Notes under the pieces: model-generated
Told to the model about the DNA's origin: nothing
Databases searched by the model: none
Seen by the model: the letters and a program-made list of their open reading frames with translations, nothing else
DNA from: Deltaproteobacteria bacterium
GTDB taxonomy: Bacteria; Myxococcota_A; Polyangia; Polyangiales; Houyiibacteriaceae
Reading direction: 5' to 3'
Assembly (NCBI GenBank): GCA_034670305.1
Contig: JAXMNT010000012.1
Location: 91,534-155,533 of the forward strand
Length of the DNA: 64,000 nt
Shown here: positions 16,686 through 26,629 of the stretch, one piece after another
How positions within the stretch are numbered: the first letter of the stretch is position 1
Layout of the letters: each line of letters begins with the position of its first letter
Translations under genes and position numbers: made by a program

Positions 16686-19022
16686 ATGGTCGCTCCGCTG
16701 CACGTCGTCGGCGTCCGACACCACAGCCCTGCGTGCGCACGGCTGACCGAAGCGCAGATCCGTGCGCTCGAGCCGGCGTACGTGCTCATCGAAGGACCCG
16801 TCGACATGAACGAGCGGCTGGACGAGCTGCTGCTCGGTCACGACTTGCCGCTCGCGATCTTCAGCTACTACACGAGCGAAGAACGGACCCATGCGTCGTG
16901 GTCGCCGTTCTGCGCGTACTCGCCCGAATGGGTCGCACTCGAGGTCGGCCGCGAGCTCGGCGCCGACGTGCGCTTCTGCGATCTGCCGGCGTGGGCCGGT
17001 GCCTTCGAAGGTGTCGCCAACCGCTACCGCGACGAACACGACGGCAGCGGCGCTCGGATGCGCGCGCTCTGCGACGACCTCGGCGTCGATGGAACCGACG
17101 CGGCGTGGGACCACATGTTCGAGCAGCCGACGCCGATCGAAGAACTCGAAGCGCGCCTCGACGTCTACTTCAAGCAGCTGCGCGCCGACGACTCCGCCGG
17201 CCGCGACACGAACCGCGAAGCGCACATGGCGCAGTGCATCCGCTGGGCCCGCGCCCAGGACAAGGGGCCCGTCGTCGTGGTGTGCGGCGGTTGGCACAAA
17301 CCGGCGCTCGAAGCGGCCGGCGCACTGACCGAAGAGGGCGCCGAACACAACCCGTGGCCTGAGCCGATCTCCGCGGGCGAGGGCCGACACGGCAGCTTTC
17401 TCGTGCCCTACAGCTTCCGGCGCCTCGACAGCTTCGTCGGCTACCAGTCCGGCATGCCCTCGCCCGCCTGGTACCAGGTGCTCTGGGACGAAGGCGCCGA
17501 AGCCGCAGCCGACAAGATGCTCGAGCGCGCAGTGAAGCGCCTGCGCGAGAAGAAGCAGCCGGTCTCGCCCGCGGATGTGATCGCGGTGCAGCTGCTCGCG
17601 ACCGGCCTGCAGCGGATGCGGGGCCACGTCGCGATGGCGCGCACTGATCTGCTCGACGGACTCGCGGGCGCGCTCGTCAAGGAAGCGCTCGAAGCGCCGC
17701 TGCCGTGGAGCGGTCGCGGGCGGCTCGTCGCGGGCACCGACCCGCGCATCGCCGAGGTCGTCGCGGCGTTCTCGGGCGACGACAAGGGCACCCTGCACGC
17801 CGACACCCCGCGCCCGCCGATCATCGCGGATGTGCGCGGCCAGTTGAAGGCGCTCGGACTCGAGCCGCCCTGCGACCCCGAGCTGCAACTCGACGTGCCG
17901 GCGGACCTCGCGAAGAGCCGGGTGCTGCACCGGTTGCGGGTGCTCGGGGTGCCGGGGTTCGACCGCAAGTCCGGGCCGTCGTGGGCGCACGACGTGACCT
18001 TCACCGAACGGTGGGCCCTGCGCGAACGGTTCGAGACCGAGTCTGGGCTCATCGAAGCCGGCGCGTATGGCGCGACGCTCGAGACGGCCGCCGCCGCGCG
18101 GCTCGAAGAACAGATGCTCGCCGCGGGTGGCTCGCTCGCCAAGCTCACCGACCTCATCGGCGAAGCCACCTTCATCGGCATCGACAGCCTGGCCTCGCAG
18201 ATCCTCGATCAGGTCGCCGACGCGGTGGGCCAAGAACGTTCGCTCACGGTGCTCGGGGACGCGCTCGGCAAACTGCTCTCGCTCTGGCGCGACGACACCC
18301 TGCTCGGTGCCGCAGGCTCGGCGCATGTGCTGCGCATCGTCGAAGCGGCGTTCGTGCAAGGGCTCTGGCTCGCCGAAGGCGTGCAGGGACCGAACGCGCC
18401 GGTCGACACCGAACGGCTCCGCGCGTTCATTGCGATCCGCGACACGCTCATCGTCGACCAGACGCCGGGACAGACCGCGCTCGACGTCGACGAACTCGAA
18501 GCGTGGGAGACGATGAAGCGCATCTCACTCTCGCGCACTGCACCGCCGGGTCTGCGCGGCGCGGCGCTCGGGGTGTTGTGGTCGACCGGCTACTGGAGCA
18601 CTTCCCAAGACGCCGAGGACGAAGCCCGCGAACGGCTGCAACGTTCTTCGCACCCGTCGATCTTCGGCGACTTTCTCGCCGGTCTCTTTGCGCTCGCCCG
18701 CGAACAAGCCGTCGCGACCGAAGGGCTCATCGCCGCGGTCGACCAGACCCTCGCCAGCTTGGAGGACCACGAGTTCGTGGAGAGCCTTCCTTCGCTGCGA
18801 CTCGGCTTCGATTACTTCCCGCCCCGCGAACGCGAGGCGCTCGCCCGCCGGGTGCTCGGCTTGCATGGCCAGGAAGACAGCCAGCCGAAACAGCTGACCG
18901 GCAAACTGGATCATTCCCCCGCGGTCATCGCGCAGGGCAACACGCTCGACGCCCGCTTGCAGGCCGCGCTCGACCACCACCACCTCGGCCCGAAGCCGAC
19001 GGAGGTCTCCGATGGCGGATGA
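16686..19022 (+). CDS. yehM: DUF5682 family protein, YehM-like
   Basis: GVRHHSPACA, VLIEGP, PFC.YSPEWVAL, REAHM, VCGGWH, PYSF.RLD...GY.SGMPSP.WY. Confidence 0.88.
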   Translation: MVAPLHVVGVRHHSPACARLTEAQIRALEPAYVLIEGPVDMNERLDELLLGHDLPLAIFSYYTSEERTHASWSPFCAYSPEWVALEVGRELGADVRFCDLPAWAGAFEGVANRYRDEHDGSGARMRALCDDLGVDGTDAAWDHMFEQPTPIEELEARLDVYFKQLRADDSAGRDTNREAHMAQCIRWARAQDKGPVVVVCGGWHKPALEAAGALTEEGAEHNPWPEPISAGEGRHGSFLVPYSFRRLDSFVGYQSGMPSPAWYQVLWDEGAEAAADKMLERAVKRLREKKQPVSPADVIAVQLLATGLQRMRGHVAMARTDLLDGLAGALVKEALEAPLPWSGRGRLVAGTDPRIAEVVAAFSGDDKGTLHADTPRPPIIADVRGQLKALGLEPPCDPELQLDVPADLAKSRVLHRLRVLGVPGFDRKSGPSWAHDVTFTERWALRERFETESGLIEAGAYGATLETAAAARLEEQMLAAGGSLAKLTDLIGEATFIGIDSLASQILDQVADAVGQERSLTVLGDALGKLLSLWRDDTLLGAAGSAHVLRIVEAAFVQGLWLAEGVQGPNAPVDTERLRAFIAIRDTLIVDQTPGQTALDVDELEAWETMKRISLSRTAPPGLRGAALGVLWSTGYWSTSQDAEDEARERLQRSSHPSIFGDFLAGLFALAREQAVATEGLIAAVDQTLASLEDHEFVESLPSLRLGFDYFPPREREALARRVLGLHGQEDSQPKQLTGKLDHSPAVIAQGNTLDARLQAALDHHHLGPKPTEVSDGG

Positions 19023-20214
19023 TCCGAAGCCGACCGACCCGGACAGCGAGCCGAAACCCAGCGCCGGCAAACCCAGCGTCATCGAGGCCCTTCAAGGGTT
19101 GCCGCCGCTCGTTCGCTGGCGGTTGATCCTCGGCGAGGCGGGCGACGCCTGCACCGGAGGTGGCGCGCTCCAAGGCGACGCCGCAGCCGCCGACGCCGCG
19201 CTTGGCTGGCTCTACGACCGGGACGAAGTCGGTCAGGGCGACCGCGAGAAGGGCGCCGGAAGCGGGCCGTCGCAGATGACCGTGCCGGACTGGATCAGCG
19301 AAGTGCACCGGCTCTTCCCCAAAGAGACGATTGAGCGGCTCGAACAGGACGCCGTCGATCGGTTTCAGATCCACGACGTGGTCACGAACCCCGAGGTGCT
19401 CAAGCGCGTCGAGCCGAACCAGACCCTGCTCAAGGCGGTGCTCAAGACCAAACACCTGATGAACCCGGAGGTGCTTCAGCTCGCGCGCGACCTGGTCCGC
19501 AAGGTCGTCGAGAAGCTGATGAAAGAGCTCGCCGACGAGGTGAAGCAAGCGTTCTCCGGCGCGGTGAACCGGCAGCGGCGCACGCTCTTCAAGTACAGCC
19601 GCAACCTCGACGCGAAGCGCACCATCGCGTCGAACCTCGGCAACTACGACCGCGCGAGCAAACGTCTCTTCATCGACAAGGTGTTCTTCTTTCAGCGTTC
19701 CCAGAAGCACAACACCAAGTGGCAGATCATCCTGCTCGTCGACCAGAGCGGCTCCATGCTGGACTCGGCGATCCACGCGGCCGTCACCGCCGCGTGCCTC
19801 TACGGCATGCCGAGCGTGAAGACGCACTTGGTGCTCTTCGACACCAACGTCGTCGATCTGACGGAAGAGCTCGTCGACCCGGTCGAGACCCTGATGAAGG
19901 TGCAACTCGGCGGCGGCACCGACATCGCCAAAGCGGTCGGTTACGCGCAGCAGCTGGTCGAGGTGCCTTCGCGCACCATCCTCGCGGTCATCAGCGACTT
20001 CTACGAAGGCGGCAGCGAGGCGGATCTCTTGCGCCGCGTGAAGCTGCTGACCGACGACGGCGCGCACGTGCTCGGGCTCGCCGCGCTCGACAGCGAAGCC
20101 AACCCGAACTTCGACCACGAGCTCGGTCAGAAGCTCGTCGACTGCGGCGCGCACGTCGGCGCGATGACGCCCGGCGAGCTCGCCGCGTTCGTCGCGGAGA
20201 AGGTGCGCCGATGA
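19012..20214 (+). CDS. yehP: vWA (CoxE-like) domain protein, YehP-like
   Basis: RWRLILG, MIDAS DQSGSM, QLGGGTDI, ISDFYEG; overlaps the upstream stop. Confidence 0.9.
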   Translation: MADDPKPTDPDSEPKPSAGKPSVIEALQGLPPLVRWRLILGEAGDACTGGGALQGDAAAADAALGWLYDRDEVGQGDREKGAGSGPSQMTVPDWISEVHRLFPKETIERLEQDAVDRFQIHDVVTNPEVLKRVEPNQTLLKAVLKTKHLMNPEVLQLARDLVRKVVEKLMKELADEVKQAFSGAVNRQRRTLFKYSRNLDAKRTIASNLGNYDRASKRLFIDKVFFFQRSQKHNTKWQIILLVDQSGSMLDSAIHAAVTAACLYGMPSVKTHLVLFDTNVVDLTEELVDPVETLMKVQLGGGTDIAKAVGYAQQLVEVPSRTILAVISDFYEGGSEADLLRRVKLLTDDGAHVLGLAALDSEANPNFDHELGQKLVDCGAHVGAMTPGELAAFVAEKVRR

Positions 20215-22199
20215 GGGACGACCTCGCTGCGCTCACCCCCGATGCGCTGAGCGCGCTCTCGAGCATCGGCCTGCTCAAGCGCGCGCAGCGCATGATCGCG
20301 ACCGGACTCGGACCGCGGGTGATCGAAGAGGCCGACGACGGAGTGGTGTCCGCCACCTTCGACGACGACACCACCATCGCGCTGGCGCCAAAGGCCACCC
20401 TTGCCCAGGCGCGCTGCAGTTGTGGCGCTGTCTTCGTGTGCCGCCACGGGCTCTCGCTCGTGCTCGCCTACCAGCAGAAGCACGGCGGCGGCGCAGACGC
20501 GGCTCCGACCCATTGGAACCCCGGCGACATCCCCGACAAAGAAGTGTTCGCGCTCATCGGCACGCTTGGCCGAGGGCGGGCCAACCGCTTGATGCGGGGC
20601 GGCATCGTGGTGCGCATCGGCCACGAACCGCACCCCACCGCGCGGCTTCCGACCTGCACGCTCCAGTTCCTCGTGCCCAACGACCTGACCCACGCGCGCT
20701 GCGACTGCGAGCTCGGCACCGCGTGCGAACACGTGCTCATCGGGGTGCGTGCGTTCCGCGAAGCGCAGGGTGCCGATCAAGCGACGGTGGAGCTCGCCGC
20801 CACTGGCGAAGTCGATCTCGAAGCGACCCGCGATGCGCGGGACCTCGCGCACGAGGTCCTGTGGCACGGCATGTCCGCCACGCCCGAAGCCCTCGACGCG
20901 CGCTTCGAACGGGTGAAACAGCGGCTCGATGCCGACGGCCAAGTGTGGCCCGAGTTGGCGCTCGACAACCTGCACGATGCGCTTCGCTGGTACCGGTCCC
21001 GAAGCGCACGCTACCGGCCGGCGCTGGCCGAAGCGGCAGCGGAACTCGAAGCCCGATGCCGCGCCGCGGACACGACGTCACCGAGCGTTCCGATCGGCAT
21101 GCTGCTCGGCACCGCTGCCGCGGAAGAGACCCGGCTGGCCGAGCTGCGGTTGATCTCACTCGGTGCGCGCGTTCGATCCGAGGGGTCGACCACCCTCGCC
21201 GATGTGTTCCTGGTCGACCCCGACACGAGCAACGTGCTGGTGCTCCGCCACACCTTCACGCCGACCAGGCAGCGCTGGCAGAAGACGGATCCGGCCGCGC
21301 TCACCGGTCCCGAACTCGTGGCCCGTGAAGTCGTCAAAGGCGTGCGGCTTGGTGACGTCGCGGCGGGTCAACTGCTCACCCAGACCGGACGGCGGCGCGC
21401 CAACCGCGATCTGGTGCTCTCGGTCAAAGCCGGCACGCAGGTGGTTCGCGACGCCGGCGACTGGAGCGCACTCGGGGCACCGGTCCGCCTCACGTCGATG
21501 GCGGAGTTCGCGGAGCGTGCGTCCAAGCGGGCGCCGTCTCTGCTGCGTCCGCGGGTGCTGGCGGAGAACCTGCACGTCCTGAAGATCCAAGAGGTCCAGC
21601 AGCTCATGTGGTCGCCTGGCCAACAAGCGCTCATCGGCACGGTGTTGCTCGAGTCGGGTGAGTCGGTGCGGATCGAGCGCCGCCACCGTTCGGCCGCACC
21701 GGGCGCCATCGCGGTGCTCGCTTCCACCCTCGCAACGGCGGGCACCTGCTGGATGAGCGGCGAGGTCCGCGCGACCGAAGCCGGATTGGTGATCTCACCG
21801 ACCGCGATCCTCCCACCGAGCGGCACGATCGTCGTGCCCGACCTCATGGTCGACGCGGGCACGAAGATCGAGCTCGGCAACGTGGGTGCGCCGACTTCTC
21901 CCATCGGCGCGGCACTCGACCAGGCGGTCGCCGGCATGGACGAAGCGGCCCACGTCGGCTTGCTTCAAGCAGGGGCCGGCTGGGCCGAACGGATGCGCGA
22001 AACCCAAGCTCAGCTCGATGCGCTCGGACTCGGACGGCTGTCCAAGATCGTCGAACGTGCGACCAAGAGCGCAACCGCAGCGCGGGTTGGAGGGCGCGCC
22101 GCGTCGCCGGACGCCCCCGCCCGGTGGATGGATGCCCGAATCGCCTTGGTGCTCGCGCGTGAACTCCTGTTCCAGCCCACCGGAAACTCGGCGAACTGA
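20211..22199 (+). CDS. yehQ: Double SWIM zinc-finger protein, YehQ-like
   Basis: CSCGA..VCRH and CDC....CEH; ATGA overlap with the vWA gene. Confidence 0.85.
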   Translation: MRDDLAALTPDALSALSSIGLLKRAQRMIATGLGPRVIEEADDGVVSATFDDDTTIALAPKATLAQARCSCGAVFVCRHGLSLVLAYQQKHGGGADAAPTHWNPGDIPDKEVFALIGTLGRGRANRLMRGGIVVRIGHEPHPTARLPTCTLQFLVPNDLTHARCDCELGTACEHVLIGVRAFREAQGADQATVELAATGEVDLEATRDARDLAHEVLWHGMSATPEALDARFERVKQRLDADGQVWPELALDNLHDALRWYRSRSARYRPALAEAAAELEARCRAADTTSPSVPIGMLLGTAAAEETRLAELRLISLGARVRSEGSTTLADVFLVDPDTSNVLVLRHTFTPTRQRWQKTDPAALTGPELVAREVVKGVRLGDVAAGQLLTQTGRRRANRDLVLSVKAGTQVVRDAGDWSALGAPVRLTSMAEFAERASKRAPSLLRPRVLAENLHVLKIQEVQQLMWSPGQQALIGTVLLESGESVRIERRHRSAAPGAIAVLASTLATAGTCWMSGEVRATEAGLVISPTAILPPSGTIVVPDLMVDAGTKIELGNVGAPTSPIGAALDQAVAGMDEAAHVGLLQAGAGWAERMRETQAQLDALGLGRLSKIVERATKSATAARVGGRAASPDAPARWMDARIALVLARELLFQPTGNSAN

Positions 22200-24793
22200 T
22201 GCGTGGCGATCTACCCAAGCTGGTCTGGTCGAAGGAGATCTCCGAACGGGTCGAGATCGACGCGAAGGAGACGGTGCCGACCCACCTGCCGTTCCTGTTT
22301 CCGCGGCCTGGGGGACCACCGCCCGACCTGGACACCTGCGCCAAGGACATTCGGGGCGGCCGCCGGTCGGTTCCCATCACCGATCCGATGTCTGATGAAT
22401 CGGTCCGGTTCTGGTTCCTCGCGGCGACCGACACCTCCGTCGCGGTCGACGACGTCGTGGATGCCGCCGTCGCGAACGACCTCTCCAAACCCATTGCGTT
22501 GAAGCAGGTCGAGGAGCGGTTCCGCGCGCTCTGTGCGGCCAACCGCTGGGACATTCCCCAACCCCCGGTGGTGAGCCGACTGCTGCCGCGGCTCGTCTCG
22601 TGGGACGACACGGTTCGTCTGATCCTCGAACATCCAAGGCCCCACACGATCAACGCGATGCTGGCGGTGCTGCCGTTCCCCAAGGACTGCGGTGCGTCCA
22701 AAGAGATCGCAGATCGTGGCCAGGCCCGCCTGCGCGACTTCGTCGATTCGCGAGAGACGCAGGGCAGCTGGGAAGTCGGACAAGCGCTGCGTTTTCTGAA
22801 CTATCCGGAAGGTGTCGCCCGGTTCTTCAAGGGGAGCACGAAGAGATACGCCAAACGCATCGCGCGGGATCTCGGTGGCCCGTTGCTCGTGCAGCTGAAG
22901 GACGGCAAGGCGGCGTACACGGCGACCAAACGGTTCGGGATCCCGCTCCCCGCGGCCCGGATCCGCGACCTCGTGGAGCGGTTCGGTTACGAACACGCGG
23001 ATCTGCTCGTCGCCGCGGCGGCGAAGAACAACGCCGAGCTGAAGCTCATGATGGCCGTGCACACGCCCCACGCGGTCGCGGGTTGGCTTGGGCTTCTCAA
23101 GAAGGCGGCGCTCGTGGACTTCGCCGAGCACTACCTATTGAACGAAGGCGCCAACGCGATCGAGGGTCTGATCAAGACGGTCGGTCGGCGCGGCCAACTG
23201 CGGGACCACGCGCTCGGGTTCCTCGTGCGCATCGTCGACGCGGGCCACGAGAAGCTCGTGCGCGAGCTCATGTCGGATGAGACCAAGAAGATTCAGGAGC
23301 TCATCGAAGCCCACGTCTTCGCCGAAGACGAAGACGCGCTGCCCGAGCTGCCCGACGAAGACTGGCCGGCGTGGCTCACGAAGCTCGTCGAGGGCGCTCC
23401 GGCGAAACTCCCGCCAACCTTGAAGGCTGTTGTGCCGTCCCAGCTTCCGGAGCTGCGCACGTCGGATGGCGCGTACCGGATCCCGACCCGCGCGGTCGAA
23501 GCGCTCCTGGCCAAACTCGCCTCCGCCGTCCCCAAGACGCCACCCGTGCTCAAGCAGGCTGCGGAGGCGTGGCATCCAGACGACCAGGCCGCGTTCGCGT
23601 CGCTCTTCTTCGCACGGTGGTTTGCGGGCAAGAAGCCGCTGGATCCGAACAACGTCTGGATCCTCTCGCTGGTGGAACTCTTCGGTTCCGAACTCGAGGC
23701 GGCGCAGCTCGGCACGACCTTGACCAGCTCCAAGTGGGGGCGTTCGCTTCGACCGAAAGCCATGACCACGCTCCGGCGGATGGAGACCCGCGAAGCACTG
23801 AGCGCGCTGGAGCGCCTTCGGTTCAAGTACGCCAAATCCAAGAAGCTCCTGGAGGAACTCGAACAGAAGTGGGGCTGCTCGCACGAGGAGTTCCTCGACC
23901 GCATCGTGCCGACCTGCGGGCTGAACGAACTGCATTGCCTGGAGCTCGACTTCGGAGAGCGGAAGCCGATCGCCGCAGTGTTGCCGCCCGACCGAATCGT
24001 CATCGTGGACCGCGACAGCGGCGACGTGTTCCAGAAGCTGCCGCCCCGCCGCAAGGTCGACGACAACGACCTCTACAAGGTCGCGCGCGAGCAATACAAG
24101 GCGCTGCGCAAGTCGCACGGCAAGGTGAGCGAAGAACAGATCCCGCGCTTCGAACGCGCGATGATCAACGACCGGCGGTTCAAGAAGGATCACTGGTTGG
24201 AGTTCCTCTCGCTCCACGCGGTGCTCGGCCCGATCGTGTGCACCTTGGTCTGGAAGACCCTGCGGGATGGAGAGTGGGTGCTCTTCTTGCCGACGCACCC
24301 GGACGACACCTGCATCGACCTGAACTACGACGAGGTGCAACTCGGCGAGGAGGTCGCGCTCGCGCATCCAGCCGACATGACCCCGGAAGAAGCGCGGCGG
24401 TGGTCGGAGCTCTTGGCCGAAAACGAGATCGTGCAGCCCTTCGATCAACTCGCGCGGCTCGCGTTCCGCAAGGGCAGCCCCGACATCGAACAAGAACTCG
24501 CGCGGCTCAAACGCGAGGTGAAGACCGGGCACGACCTGAAGACGTGGCTGCAGCAGCGGCGCTGGCACATGGGGCAGCACGTCGAAGGCCTGGTCTCCCA
24601 CTTCCTGTCCGTACCCGTCGATGCCTGGCAAGGCCTCGTCACCGTGGACCCGCCGATCCAGCCCTGGAACTGGCCGCCGTCGGGAGAGCACTCGATCACC
24701 GGGGTGTCGTTCACCCGGGCGGGCGTGGAAGTCGAAGCCGCCGAGGTCCCCGCGGTCATCTACAGCGAGTGCCTTCGAAGCCTCTTCCAGTAG
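22199..24793 (+). CDS. DUF4132 domain protein (MolR/YehI-like C-terminus)
   Basis: E..DRIVP.CGL, RFE.AM...RRF, LVW, V.LAHP, W........IVQPFDQL.R; TGATG overlap. Confidence 0.85.
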   Translation: MRGDLPKLVWSKEISERVEIDAKETVPTHLPFLFPRPGGPPPDLDTCAKDIRGGRRSVPITDPMSDESVRFWFLAATDTSVAVDDVVDAAVANDLSKPIALKQVEERFRALCAANRWDIPQPPVVSRLLPRLVSWDDTVRLILEHPRPHTINAMLAVLPFPKDCGASKEIADRGQARLRDFVDSRETQGSWEVGQALRFLNYPEGVARFFKGSTKRYAKRIARDLGGPLLVQLKDGKAAYTATKRFGIPLPAARIRDLVERFGYEHADLLVAAAAKNNAELKLMMAVHTPHAVAGWLGLLKKAALVDFAEHYLLNEGANAIEGLIKTVGRRGQLRDHALGFLVRIVDAGHEKLVRELMSDETKKIQELIEAHVFAEDEDALPELPDEDWPAWLTKLVEGAPAKLPPTLKAVVPSQLPELRTSDGAYRIPTRAVEALLAKLASAVPKTPPVLKQAAEAWHPDDQAAFASLFFARWFAGKKPLDPNNVWILSLVELFGSELEAAQLGTTLTSSKWGRSLRPKAMTTLRRMETREALSALERLRFKYAKSKKLLEELEQKWGCSHEEFLDRIVPTCGLNELHCLELDFGERKPIAAVLPPDRIVIVDRDSGDVFQKLPPRRKVDDNDLYKVAREQYKALRKSHGKVSEEQIPRFERAMINDRRFKKDHWLEFLSLHAVLGPIVCTLVWKTLRDGEWVLFLPTHPDDTCIDLNYDEVQLGEEVALAHPADMTPEEARRWSELLAENEIVQPFDQLARLAFRKGSPDIEQELARLKREVKTGHDLKTWLQQRRWHMGQHVEGLVSHFLSVPVDAWQGLVTVDPPIQPWNWPPSGEHSITGVSFTRAGVEVEAAEVPAVIYSECLRSLFQ

Positions 24794-24880
24794 CGGAAGC
24801 GCGCGGCTTGGACTCACGTCCCAACCACTGAGCCAAGGGTGTTGGAGCCCGACGGTCAGACCTCTGGCTGGCTCTCAGTC

Positions 24881-26419
24881 CTAGCGGTCGAGCTCGGCGG
24901 AGAGGGTGTGCTGCGAGATCTCGCGGTGGGTCTCGCGCAGGGTCAGGGTGCCGCCGGGGATCTTCCAGATGCGTTGTGCGCCCTTGCGTTTGCCTTTGCC
25001 GAAGACGGCGGTGAACACCTCTTCGAAGGCTTGCGCCGAGCTGTAGGGGAGGTCGTAGTAGTCCAAGTAGACCGACTCGACGCGTTTGTCTTTTCCGAAC
25101 CGGAGGAACCCTTCTTTGGTCGCGCGTTTGAGATCCCAGTCCTCTGCGAGCCCGTCTCGGGTGCTGCCTAGCCGAACGCCGACAAGGCCGTCTTCGGTCG
25201 CGAGGTGGGCGCGGACCTCGTCCACGCCCGGCGCCTGCAAGAAGGGGAACTCCTTGCGGTCGATGAGTTCGAGGAGGCCGAGCTCGCTGAGCCACGCGGA
25301 CTTCTCCTTGGACTGGCGCCAATCCGGGCTCACGCGCATGGGCCGCAGCACCGCGCCGCGCTTGACCAGGTACTTCACGATGTCGAGGCGGGCCTGGCCC
25401 AACTTCTCCTCCGCGATCGAGCCCTTCATCTTCTTGTGGGAGCCCTTCTTGTCGTCCCACTCGTCCGTTTCGAACTCCATCTCTTCGGCGAGGTCGGCGC
25501 CGTGCTCGAGGAAGAGGTCGATCATCGCTTCGCTCGCGATGCCCTGCGCGTTCGCGCCGATCACGCCGGCCAACCCCGCGGTGGTGGCGCGCACACCGGT
25601 CGCGAAAAGGGCGCGGAAGGTGGCGACGTAGTCCGCTTCACCCCGTGGGTTCTTCTGATCCGCGAGCCGGAGTTTGTAGGCCCAGTACGACCAGATGGGT
25701 CCGCCCCAAGTGCCGGTGTCGGTCGGCAGTTTGGACAGATCGAGGCCGTGTTTCTCGAGCAAGGGCAACACCGCCGGATCGTGCACGCTCCAGAAGAGGG
25801 CGGGCTTGAGAGGCGCTTTCTTTCCGAGGGTTTGAAGCACCCGTTCGATGAGCGCAGCGCTCCCTCCGCGGACCGCGTCGCCCAGGTGTTCGGGGCGGAT
25901 GGCGTCGTCGCCGAACAGCGCCGCCGTCTCTTCGTTCCCGTCGCGCAGCGTCAGCCCAAAGGGGGTGACGTTCATCATCTGCACGGTGGTCGTGGCCGGG
26001 TTGTTGTACCGGAGCTCGGCCATCTTCACGGTCTTCTCCGTGTCGACCCCGTGCTCGAGCAGCGCCCGTGCGAACTCGACGTGGCCCAGACGAAGCGCGG
26101 TGGTCAACGGCGTGCCGGTCACGGTCACCGCTTCGAAATCGGCTTTGCGTTTCACCGCGCGCGCGATGCCTTCGGGGTCGCCCAAGATGGCCGCAGCGAT
26201 CGCGTCGTTCCACATCCAGCCCTTCTTCAGTGGCTTGATCTTGTTCGCGGTCGCGACTTCGACGAGAAGCACGCGCACCTCCGGATCGGTCGCGAAGAGC
26301 GCACACCACAACAAGTCGTTGATGGGCGGCCGCTTCTTCTGCGCTTCGAGCCAAGTGCGGGTGGCTTCGGCGTCGCCTTCGTGGGCGAGCCGGATCAGTT
26401 CACGGTCCATGGTGGCCAT
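24881..26419 (-). CDS. Ankyrin-repeat-like, Lys-rich protein
   Basis: GTPLTTALRLGHVEFARALLEHGVD, FLEHGADL, DIVKYLVKRGA. Confidence 0.78.
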   Translation of the reverse strand: MATMDRELIRLAHEGDAEATRTWLEAQKKRPPINDLLWCALFATDPEVRVLLVEVATANKIKPLKKGWMWNDAIAAAILGDPEGIARAVKRKADFEAVTVTGTPLTTALRLGHVEFARALLEHGVDTEKTVKMAELRYNNPATTTVQMMNVTPFGLTLRDGNEETAALFGDDAIRPEHLGDAVRGGSAALIERVLQTLGKKAPLKPALFWSVHDPAVLPLLEKHGLDLSKLPTDTGTWGGPIWSYWAYKLRLADQKNPRGEADYVATFRALFATGVRATTAGLAGVIGANAQGIASEAMIDLFLEHGADLAEEMEFETDEWDDKKGSHKKMKGSIAEEKLGQARLDIVKYLVKRGAVLRPMRVSPDWRQSKEKSAWLSELGLLELIDRKEFPFLQAPGVDEVRAHLATEDGLVGVRLGSTRDGLAEDWDLKRATKEGFLRFGKDKRVESVYLDYYDLPYSSAQAFEEVFTAVFGKGKRKGAQRIWKIPGGTLTLRETHREISQHTLSAELDR

Positions 26420-26629
26420 CCGCGAATGCTCTCCGCTCGCTTCGCGGTCGTCGAGCGGTTTTTGTCCACCGCCAGTCTCACAAAGCGAGCATCTGCGAAT
26501 GGCCCATGCACCCGGGGGAGAAGGCGGGCTGGGGAACCCTTCCCCTCAGAAGACCAGGGCACACGCGTAGGCCGCCAATCTCGAAGCGAGCCACGCCCGT
26601 CTGGGCAATGAATCAAGTATGGTGCCGAG

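Noticed and set aside
13914-18359. Very long antisense or alternate-frame ORFs (also 1298-4156, 31594-35445, 46170-49772, 58133-61345)
   Set aside because: Shadow ORFs of high-GC DNA with no motifs, overlapping well-supported genes
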